This document shows, one piece after another, positions 5,824-12,825 of a DNA stretch of 24,000 bases. How positions within the stretch are numbered: position 1 is the first letter of the stretch; the number at the start of each line of letters is the position of its first letter. The DNA comes from Dehalococcoidia bacterium (GTDB lineage Bacteria > Chloroflexota > Dehalococcoidia > UBA2979). Both the position numbers and the translations under genes were made by a program. The notes below the pieces were generated by a model. That model saw only the letters and a program-made list of their open reading frames with translations. It made no database searches and was not told the origin of the DNA. The stretch is taken from assembly GCA_963667465.2 (NCBI GenBank), contig CAXXDN010000001.1:1-24000 (forward strand), in the 5' to 3' direction.

Positions 5824-7818
5824 CTAGCCTTCGCTCCCCATGGAGCCTTCGCTGTCCATGGCGTCCGCTTCACAGCTGGAGACCCAGACGAAGGTCATAC
5901 CGTCGAAGCCGTCCGCGAATGCCGTGGTGAACCCGATGATCGCGAACGCCGGAGCGGTGCTGCTCCAGAGGTGCCATTCGCCATCGGCGTCCTGGACAGC
6001 GATCTGCGAGCCGCCGGGGCACTCAGCCGCGGCAGCAGCCGCGAAGGCATCGAGCGAGCCGCCGCTGAAGCTACCAATGTTGCCCTGGACGGTCAGCGTG
6101 GCGTCGCCGTCAGGCATGGCCGGCATGTCCGGCTCCTCCGGCATCGCCTCGCCGACCTCGATCAGGATCTGCTCGCGAGCAGTCTGCGTGGTTCCTCGAG
6201 TGCCATCCGCCTTCTCGTTCCACGTCCGAACGAGGAACTGAGCAGTGCCCGAGCTGGACGGTGCGAGGTAGCTGAACTTCGCACGGCCGTCGGACGTGCG
6301 TCCGGATACGGCGCTGGTAAACACGCCGTCGTCGCTGACCTTGACCACCGAGTAGTGGACCGAGCCCACACGGACGTCCTCGTCGTCGAGCACGGTCAGG
6401 TTCACCGTGATCTCACTCAGCGGGTCCATCCGCTCGGGAGCGTCGCTCGTGATCGTGGCCGGCGCACCGCCGATCTCGATCTCGACCGTCACGTCCGCGG
6501 AGCCGTCGGCTGCCGGCCCGGCGATGGTGATGGTGTGCGTGCCGCGCGTGGTGTCGTCCGCAGTCGACGCGGTGTTGGCACCGGCCGTCGTCACCTGGAT
6601 GACGCACTTACCGGCGGCGTTGGTGCCGTTACCCGTCCACCATAGGGACTCGTTAACATCAGTGCCGTCGACGTCCACTCGGTCAGGGGCGTCGCCACAG
6701 GCAGGCAGGTCACCCGCGCCCGCTGCGAGGCCGCCGATGGGGGCGACATCCTTGTCGGCGACGTTGCGCACTACCACCTCGTTGGAACGGGCCTCCGGGC
6801 CGACGACGCCGCTCGCGCCGCTCTTGACGTCGACCGGGTGCCCGGCGACGGCGTTGCCGCCTGCGTCCGTCGCGGTCACGACGATGAACGTGCTGCCGCC
6901 GATCTGGAGGGCCGTCTGCTCGGCAGCCGCCGTGATCGTCTTGGCCGCGCCGTACATCACGATGTCGGCGGTCTGGGTCAGCGTGCTGCCTGCCAGCCGC
7001 ACCGTGATGGTCGCGATGTCCGCCACGCCGCCAGCGGTGAACTTCACGGCTGCATAGCCAGCACCATCCACGTCTTCATCCCCAGTATCGGTGCTGGTGG
7101 TGACGGTGCCGACCTGGGTGCCGCTGCCGTCGAACTCGATGCCACCTGTAACGTCAGTCCAACCGTCGGGGGCGTCGTCTAGGCCCTCGAGTTCCCCATG
7201 ACTGGCGATGACCGTCAGGGCCTTCCCACCGATGCCCTTGCCGTTCTGGTCGGTGAGACGGAACGTGAGCGTGCTTTCGTCCGCAGTATCCGAGCCCTCA
7301 CCAGCGCTGATGGCCTTCGGCGAAGGGCTCGCCGTGAGCTTGGTCGGCACCGGTGCGACGCTGACAGCCAGCTCGTCGGCGGTGGTGACACCGGTCGCCA
7401 GCACGGTCTGCTTGACGATGATCCCGCCAGAGCCGGAATCCTTATCGATCTTCACCGCCACGGTGGTGCCGTCGGCGGTGTTGGCGTCACACGTTCCGGT
7501 AGTCGTCGCGGGCGAGCAGTAGAGGGTCTGTCCGTCGTTCTGTGCACTCGAGTGCGTGAACGACGCGGACGCGTTCCCAATCGCCGTGATCTCGTACAGG
7601 ACGAAGCCCCCAGCGCCGTTATGGATGTAGACGGTGTCGCCGTTGTTCTTCTTGATCGGGGTGTCCAGGGGGCTGCCTGTGGCAGTGTCCCGCACCTCCG
7701 CCTCGACCGTGGAAGTGGAGACGGACAGCAGCACCGCGAGCGCTACCGCGAAGGCGGCGGCGACGGTGAGGCCGTAGGCTCCCAACTTTGTTACGTATTC
7801 AATTTCGACCCCCCTCAA
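5824..7818 (-). CDS. Cell-surface/secreted protein with bacterial Ig-like repeats, right (intact) copy
   Basis: 664-aa ORF with high GC3, an N-terminal hydrophobic signal/anchor, Ig-like repeat segments, and a C-terminal domain shared with the left copy. The start is uncertain: TTG at 7818 per the ORF track, or the internal TTG 27 nt downstream. Confidence 0.8.
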   Translation of the reverse strand: MRGVEIEYVTKLGAYGLTVAAAFAVALAVLLSVSTSTVEAEVRDTATGSPLDTPIKKNNGDTVYIHNGAGGFVLYEITAIGNASASFTHSSAQNDGQTLYCSPATTTGTCDANTADGTTVAVKIDKDSGSGGIIVKQTVLATGVTTADELAVSVAPVPTKLTASPSPKAISAGEGSDTADESTLTFRLTDQNGKGIGGKALTVIASHGELEGLDDAPDGWTDVTGGIEFDGSGTQVGTVTTSTDTGDEDVDGAGYAAVKFTAGGVADIATITVRLAGSTLTQTADIVMYGAAKTITAAAEQTALQIGGSTFIVVTATDAGGNAVAGHPVDVKSGASGVVGPEARSNEVVVRNVADKDVAPIGGLAAGAGDLPACGDAPDRVDVDGTDVNESLWWTGNGTNAAGKCVIQVTTAGANTASTADDTTRGTHTITIAGPAADGSADVTVEIEIGGAPATITSDAPERMDPLSEITVNLTVLDDEDVRVGSVHYSVVKVSDDGVFTSAVSGRTSDGRAKFSYLAPSSSGTAQFLVRTWNEKADGTRGTTQTAREQILIEVGEAMPEEPDMPAMPDGDATLTVQGNIGSFSGGSLDAFAAAAAAECPGGSQIAVQDADGEWHLWSSTAPAFAIIGFTTAFADGFDGMTFVWVSSCEADAMDSEGSMGSEG

Positions 7819-7965
7819 CCCCGCCCGCTCCGGCGAGGGGAGAGGGGGCCGGATCCCCTTCCGATCCCCTCACCCTCCGCCCTCTCCCGCAAGGGGCGAG
7901 GGGACCCGGACCGGACACTCACCCCCGCCCTCTCGCGAGGGGAGAGAGGGGCCGGATCCCGATCG
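7811..7965. repeat. REP-like cluster (family 1), three hairpin units
   Basis: Units are ctccggcgaggggagaggggg, ccctctcccgcaaggggcgagggg and ccctctcgcgaggggagagagggg. The middle unit is near-identical to 9236-9280. Confidence 0.6.
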
Positions 7966-7989
7966 CCCGCCCGTGGTGACACGAAGCGC

Positions 7990-8019
7990 TTGACTCGTCC
8001 TTGGCACGCATGTTCTAGT
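7990..8019 (+). promoter_or_regulatory. Candidate sigma70-type promoter for the 8155-12810 gene string
   Basis: TTGACT (7990-7995), 18 nt, then TCTAGT (8014-8019), in a locally AT-richer patch about 135 nt upstream of the first gene. Confidence 0.3.
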
Positions 8020-8154
8020 ACCCAGCGCCGGGACGCCCCTCGCGTACCCCCTGCACGCGGCGGGCGTTCCGGCAGCAGGCGGAGGGAGGCCGGGTGCGAT
8101 GAACGCGGGGACGGGCTCAGGACATCACAGGCAGGGCAGAGCGGAAGGAACGCA

Positions 8155-8454
8155 GTGTCGATCTTCTCGGGGCTCGCGATTGCGGGCGAGCTGGCGACCG
8201 CGGGGAGCGGCGCGGCAAACGCCGCCTGGTTCGCGCATCGCGCCACTCAGGCGGCCGGGCCGCGGCGGCTCGCGGCGCTGTTGCTGATGCTGCTCTTCGC
8301 CGCCGTGGCGCTGGACGCCGCGGCGCACGTGCTGCCGGGCGCGCCCTCGTGGCCGTCGCTGCAGGGCGTGCTGCTGCGGCTGCCCTTGCTGGCGGCGAAC
8401 GTGCTGGCCGGACTCGCGATCCTCGCGGGCCCGCGCCGGGAGCGCGCGCAGTGA
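8155..8454 (+). CDS. Small integral membrane protein (about 3 TM segments), function unknown
   Basis: GTG start with GGAAGGA 5 nt upstream, high GC3 and three hydrophobic stretches. Its stop overlaps the next start (GTGA). Confidence 0.55.
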   Translation: MSIFSGLAIAGELATAGSGAANAAWFAHRATQAAGPRRLAALLLMLLFAAVALDAAAHVLPGAPSWPSLQGVLLRLPLLAANVLAGLAILAGPRRERAQ

Positions 8455-8624
8455 GCGCCGGGGTGAGCGCGGGAGCACTGGGCGAGGCGCTGCGCGAGGA
8501 GCGTTACGAGGCGGCCGCGCTGCGGCTGCTGCTCGGCGTCCTCGCGGCGCTCGGGCGGGCGGCGGAGTCGGCGCCCGGCACGCGCGAGGAGCTGACCGTG
8601 CTGCTCGGGGCGGAGGACGCATGA
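8451..8624 (+). CDS. Small hypothetical protein (57 aa)
   Basis: Coupled on both sides (GTGA at 8451-8454, ATGA at 8621-8624), with high GC3. The start could instead be GTG 8463. Confidence 0.4.
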   Translation: MSAGVSAGALGEALREERYEAAALRLLLGVLAALGRAAESAPGTREELTVLLGAEDA

Positions 8625-8971
8625 GCGCGGCTCGGTCAGGCGGGTCCGGCAGGTCAGGCGGGGCCGGCGGGGCGCGCGAGGGCTTCTACGAGTCGGCGCT
8701 GGCGGCGGCGGACGCGGCGGCGCTGCGCGAGGCGCGGGCGTTGTCCGGTCTCGGCGACGAGGTGGCGCTGCTGCGGGTGCAGTTGCGGCGCGCGTTCGCG
8801 GACGCGGAGGCGGACCCGCGGACGGTGCAGGCGGGGGTGCGGTTGCTGGTGCAGGCGCTGCTGGCGCAGCACCGGCTCTCCCCGCAGCAGGCGGAGCACC
8901 TCGGCGAGGCGGTCGCGAACGTCCTCGAGGAGTTCGGGGAGGTGCTCGGTGCGGCGGGAGCGGCGGCGTGA
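8621..8971 (+). CDS. Helical hypothetical protein (116 aa); a terminase small subunit role is possible but unproven
   Basis: ATGA-coupled, with high GC3. It lies upstream of the terminase large subunit. I recognise no diagnostic motif. Confidence 0.5.
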   Translation: MSAARSGGSGRSGGAGGAREGFYESALAAADAAALREARALSGLGDEVALLRVQLRRAFADAEADPRTVQAGVRLLVQALLAQHRLSPQQAEHLGEAVANVLEEFGEVLGAAGAAA

Positions 8972-8982
8972 GCGCTCCCGTC

Positions 8983-9002
8983 ATTCCGGCGAACGCCGGA
9001 AT
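8983..9002. other. Perfect palindrome attccggcg-aa-cgccggaat just after the stop codon
   Basis: 9-nt arms, 12 nt downstream of the 8971 stop, with no U-tract. REP-like or a weak terminator. Confidence 0.4.
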
Positions 9003-9070
9003 CCAGGCGCGCTCGACGGTGCTCGGTGCATCGAAGGGTTGGTGCCCCTCGAAGGCTCTTGCCCGGCGGG

Positions 9071-9400
9071 CGTCGGACGAGCGCGCTGCGCGCGGCTCGG
9101 CCCACCCACCCGCCCTTCATTCTTCTTCATGTGGGGGGCTGCGCCCCCCACGCCCCCGCTGCCGCAGAGCGAAGGGTTGTTGCGCCCTCAGACGTCCTTG
9201 CCCACCGGGCGTCGGAGGGGCGCTGCGCGCCTCCCCCTCACCCTCCGCCCTCTCCCGCGAGGGGCGAGGGGACCGGATCGGCCCTCGGAGGGTTGGGTGC
9301 GCCCTCGGAACTTCCGAGGGGGGCGTGGGGGCGCAGCCCCCACATGAAGAAACTCCGAGGGCGGGTGGGCGGGCCTGAGCGGCGCGCAGCGCTCGCTCTC
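9071..9400. repeat. Inverted pair of family 2 REP/MITE-like units bracketing a family 1 REP
   Basis: The left unit 9071-9155 (…ggcccacccacccgccct…ttcttcatgtggggggctgcgccccccacgccccc) matches the reverse complement of the right unit at about 9290-9400. A family 1 hairpin at 9231-9285 lies between them. A third family 2 copy is at 18200-18330. Confidence 0.6.
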
Positions 9401-9498
9401 CGGGATGGGGTGTGGGGGCCTGCGAGGTTTCCTCGCGTCAGATCGAAACAGCGCCCCCCCAACAGACACGCAGGGACGACACGAAAGAGCTGGAACAG

Positions 9499-9759
9499 AT
9501 GACGGAAGACACACAACGGACACCCCTCGCTCCCACCCTCTCGCCGGAGGGCGCCGGAGCGGGCGAGCGGCTGGCGCTGGTGCTGCGGCGCATCGCGGGC
9601 GTCGGGACGCGCGACCGGCCGCCGGAGCACGATCTGCACGCGCGCATCGACTACCTCGAGCGCGACGCGGGGGAGATGCGGCTGCGCGTCAACGGCCTCT
9701 TCTTCGGCCTGATCGCGCTCGCCGCCGGCGAGATCCTGCTGCGGGCGCTGGCCGGATGA
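9499..9759 (+). CDS. Small protein with C-terminal TM segment (86 aa), function unknown
   Basis: ATG 9499 is the first start clear of the repeat. The stop overlaps the terminase ATG (ATGA at 9756-9759). The hydrophobic tail is GLFFGLIALAAGEILL. Confidence 0.45.
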   Translation: MTEDTQRTPLAPTLSPEGAGAGERLALVLRRIAGVGTRDRPPEHDLHARIDYLERDAGEMRLRVNGLFFGLIALAAGEILLRALAG

Positions 9760-11219
9760 GCGCGCCAGCAACGATCGCCGGGGCGCCGGCGACCGCCGGG
9801 GCGTCGCAATCCGCGGAAGGCGCGAGCGGGCTGCCGCGGCTGCGGCCCTACCAGGCAGCGGTCGCGCGCGCCGTCCTCGAGCGGGTCGTGGGCGGCGAGG
9901 GCGGCTCGATCTCGGTGCAGATCGCGCGCCAGGGCGGCAAGAACGAACTCTCGGCGCAGCTCGAGCTGGTGCTGCTGCTGACACGCCAGCGCGCGGGCGG
10001 GACGGTCGTGAAGTGCGCGCCGACCTTCGAGCCGCAGGCCGCGATCTCGCGCGATCGCCTGCTGGCGCGTGCGGACGGCGCACGCCTCGGGGCAATCGTG
10101 CGCCGCGAGGGCGCGGGGTCGGTGCGCTGCGGGCGCGCGGAGGCGCGCTTCCTCTCGGCGGGGCCGGGCGCCTCGGTGCTGGGGCACACGGCGGACCTGC
10201 TGCTGGAGGTCGACGAGGCGCAGGAGGTCCCGGCGGAGAAGTTCGATCGCGACTTCCGTCCGATGGCCGCCGCGACGAACGCGCCGGTCGTCTTCTACGG
10301 CACGCCGTGGGGGCCTCGGTCGCTGCTTGCGCAGGCCGAGGCCGCGCATCGCGAGGCCGAGCGCGCCGACGGGCGGCGGCGCTGCTTCCGCTTCGACTGG
10401 GAGCAGGTGGCGGCGCACAACCCCGCGTACGGCGCGTACGTGGAGGAGGAGCGGCGGCGGCTCGGCGAGCGCCACCCGCTGTTCCGCACGCAGTACCTGC
10501 TGGAGGAGCTGCGCGAGCAGGACCGCCTGCTCGACGGGGCCGCCCGCGCGCAGCTTGAGGGCGAGCACGAGCGCCGCCGCAGCCCGCGGCGCGGCGAGCG
10601 CTACGTCGCCGGCCTCGATCTTGCGGGACCGGCGCTGGCGGGCGGGCGCGGGGCAGACCAACACGACTGGACGGTGCTCACGGTCGCGCGCGTGCGCGCG
10701 GGGAGCAGCGGCCTCCCGCTGCTCGAGGTCGTCGAGCACCAGGCCTGGCAGGGCGCCCCGGCCGGCGAGTTGCTGGACACGCTGGCGGACCGCCTCGCGC
10801 GGGTCTGGCGCGTGCGCCGCGTCGTCGTCGACGCGACGGGCCTCGGCGGCCCGGTCGCCGACCTGCTGGCGCGGCGCTTGCCCTCGGGCCGGGTCGTGCC
10901 GTTCACGTTCACGGCAGAGCGCAAATCGCAGCTCGGCTTTGGGCTGCTGGCGGCGGTGCACTCGGGCCGGCTGCGCCTCTATCGCGTCGACGGTTCGCGC
11001 GAGGCGGCGGAGTGCCGCGTGCAGCTGGAGCGCGCGCGGGCGGCGTACGGCGAGCGCGGGCAGCTGCAGTTCGACGTCGACCCCTCGGAGGGCCACGACG
11101 ACTACCTGATGAGTCTCGCGCTGGCCGTGCACGCCGCGCGCGACGAAGGCGGATCGCGCACCGCGCGCGGCCGCACGCCCGCCGGCGCGGTCGAGGCGGC
11201 GACGGCGGTGGCGGCATGA
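9756..11219 (+). CDS. Phage terminase large subunit-like protein
   Basis: Walker A-like ARQGGKNE, Walker B LLLEVDEAQ and coupling motif FYGTPWG. The C-terminal RNase H-like nuclease aspartates are at VAGLDLAG, VVVDATGLG and HDDYLMSLA. The upstream extension of the 604-aa ORF runs through repeats, so ATG 9756 is preferred. Confidence 0.75.
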   Translation: MSAPATIAGAPATAGASQSAEGASGLPRLRPYQAAVARAVLERVVGGEGGSISVQIARQGGKNELSAQLELVLLLTRQRAGGTVVKCAPTFEPQAAISRDRLLARADGARLGAIVRREGAGSVRCGRAEARFLSAGPGASVLGHTADLLLEVDEAQEVPAEKFDRDFRPMAAATNAPVVFYGTPWGPRSLLAQAEAAHREAERADGRRRCFRFDWEQVAAHNPAYGAYVEEERRRLGERHPLFRTQYLLEELREQDRLLDGAARAQLEGEHERRRSPRRGERYVAGLDLAGPALAGGRGADQHDWTVLTVARVRAGSSGLPLLEVVEHQAWQGAPAGELLDTLADRLARVWRVRRVVVDATGLGGPVADLLARRLPSGRVVPFTFTAERKSQLGFGLLAAVHSGRLRLYRVDGSREAAECRVQLERARAAYGERGQLQFDVDPSEGHDDYLMSLALAVHAARDEGGSRTARGRTPAGAVEAATAVAA

Positions 11220-11593
11220 ACGCCCCGGAAGAGCCGCAGCCGGAGCTGGTGCGCGCGGACGCGCTGCCGGAGCAGGTGGAGTACCGGGACCAGGGCTGCG
11301 ACCTGTTCCCCTCGTGCCTGCACTGCCCGCTGCCGCGCTGTCGCTACGACGAGCCGGGCGGCGCGCGGGCGATGCTGAATCGCATCCGCGATCGCGAGAT
11401 ACGGCGGCTGCGCCGCGAGCACGAGCTGCCCGTCGACGAGATCGCGCGGCGCTATCGCGTCTCGCGCCGGACCGTCTTTCGCGCCCTGCAGCACGGCCCC
11501 GCCTCGCGAGGGCGTCGCGGCTCCTCGGGAGACACGCACGGTCCTCGCGGCGCGCGCCAGGCAAACCACGCCGATCGGAAGGAGATCGAATGA
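11216..11593 (+). CDS. Cys4 + helix-turn-helix protein (125 aa)
   Basis: ATGA-coupled on both sides. It has CDLFPSCLHCPLPRC (C-x6-C-x2-C-x4-C) followed by the HTH VDEIARRYRVSRRTVFRAL. Confidence 0.6.
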   Translation: MNAPEEPQPELVRADALPEQVEYRDQGCDLFPSCLHCPLPRCRYDEPGGARAMLNRIRDREIRRLRREHELPVDEIARRYRVSRRTVFRALQHGPASRGRRGSSGDTHGPRGARQANHADRKEIE

Positions 11594-12810
11594 TGACCCA
11601 GGCAGCAGTCGCGCCGGCCGGCGCAACACCATTCCCGCGCACCCTCGCGCAGCGCGATCGCGAGCGCCTCGCGCGCTACCGCGAGTTCCTCGACTACTAC
11701 GAGGGGCGGCGGGGCGCGGCGCCGGGCGGGCCGCGTGAGCGATCGCTGAGCTTCAACTACGCGCGCGCCTTCGTGGAGAAGGGCGCCTCCTACCTGATGA
11801 CCGCGCACCGCCCGGACGTCGTCGCGGTCGACGGCGGGGGCACCGCCGAGGCGGAGCAGGCGCTGGGCGAGCTGTGGGAGGCGAACGACCTCGAGCGGCT
11901 CGACCTCGAGAGCGAGTTCGACACGGCGACGCTCGGCGACGGCGCGTTCAAGGTGAGCTGGGACGAGCAGGAGCAGCGCGTGGTGGTGACGGCGCCGGAC
12001 GTGCAGGGGCTGTATGTCTGGTGGCTGGGCGACGACGTGCGCCGGATCCGGCGCGTGGCCGCCCGCTACGAGACGCCCTCGGAAGACGCGGAGGCGCGGA
12101 CGGGGCGGCTGCCGCGCGGGCCCGGCGGCCGCACCCCGGAGCGCGTGACGCTGACGGAGGTGTGGACGGCGGAGCGCTTCGAGCTGTGGGTGGAGGACGA
12201 GCCGGTCGAGGCGCGGGCCAACCCGTACGGAGTGATCCCGTTCGTAATCTTCCCCAACACCCCGCGCCCGAAGCAGTTCTGGGGCATCTCCGACATCGAG
12301 CCGCTGCGCGAGTCGATCGTCGAGCTGAACCGCGCGATGACCCAGCTGAGCCGCATCCTCGAGCTCTCCGGCAACCCGATCGCCGTCCTCGAAAACGTCG
12401 AGGAGTCACGCGGCATCGCGGTGCAGCCGGGTGCGGTCTGGGAGCTGCCGGAGGAGGCGCGCGCGTACCTCCTCGATCTGCTGCAGGGCGGCGGGGTGCG
12501 GCTGCACGCCGACTACCTGAACCAGGTCTACCGGACGATGCACGACCTCGCGGAGATGCCGCGCATCGCGTTCGGGGACGGATCGGGCGACCGCTCCGGG
12601 GTCGCGCTGCGCCTCGAGCTGGACCCGCTGCTACGCAAGGTGGCGCGCAAGCGCCTGATCCGCAGCGCGGCGATGCGCAAGCGCGATCGGCTGATGCTGC
12701 GCATCCTCGCGCACCATACGGGCCGCCGCTTCGAGGGCGTCCGCACGGAGATCGCCTGGTCCGCGATCTACAGCGGCGATGAGACAGGCCTGATCGAGGC
12801 GGCCGCGTAG
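11590..12810 (+). CDS. Phage portal protein, SPP1 Gp6-like
   Basis: GGAAGGAG RBS 5 nt upstream of ATG 11590. Portal-type pattern: RYREFLDYYEG…SFNYARAFVEKGASYLM…NPYGVIPFVIFPN…ISDIEPL…ELNRAMTQLSRILELSGNPIAVL. Confidence 0.7.
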   Translation: MMTQAAVAPAGATPFPRTLAQRDRERLARYREFLDYYEGRRGAAPGGPRERSLSFNYARAFVEKGASYLMTAHRPDVVAVDGGGTAEAEQALGELWEANDLERLDLESEFDTATLGDGAFKVSWDEQEQRVVVTAPDVQGLYVWWLGDDVRRIRRVAARYETPSEDAEARTGRLPRGPGGRTPERVTLTEVWTAERFELWVEDEPVEARANPYGVIPFVIFPNTPRPKQFWGISDIEPLRESIVELNRAMTQLSRILELSGNPIAVLENVEESRGIAVQPGAVWELPEEARAYLLDLLQGGGVRLHADYLNQVYRTMHDLAEMPRIAFGDGSGDRSGVALRLELDPLLRKVARKRLIRSAAMRKRDRLMLRILAHHTGRRFEGVRTEIAWSAIYSGDETGLIEAAA

Positions 12811-12825
12811 CACCCAGCGGGGCGA

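Noticed and set aside
264-7818. Diversity-generating retroelement as the explanation for the divergent centres of the two large genes
   Set aside because: The window has no reverse transcriptase and no template/variable repeat pair with adenine-specific differences. Divergence spans the whole central 1.3 kb rather than a short C-terminal variable region.
8002-8016. Sigma54-like TGGCACG-N4-TTCT upstream of the 8155 gene string
   Set aside because: The -24 element is good, but the essential -12 GC is missing (TTCT instead of TTGC), and no enhancer-binding protein is nearby. A sigma70-type reading of the same patch is at least as good.
7198-8454. 418-aa plus-strand ORF
   Set aside because: Its first ~320 codons are antisense to the right Ig-like gene and then cross the REP cluster. 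Only the last 99 codons, from GTG 8155 with an RBS, are plausibly coding.
9651-11642. 663-aa minus-strand ORF opposite the terminase and Cys4-HTH genes; also plus-strand alternates 10013-10558 and 10069-11109
   Set aside because: Extremely Arg/Ala/Pro-rich with no motifs, lying in the wrong GC3 phase relative to the terminase frame, which does carry Walker and nuclease motifs.
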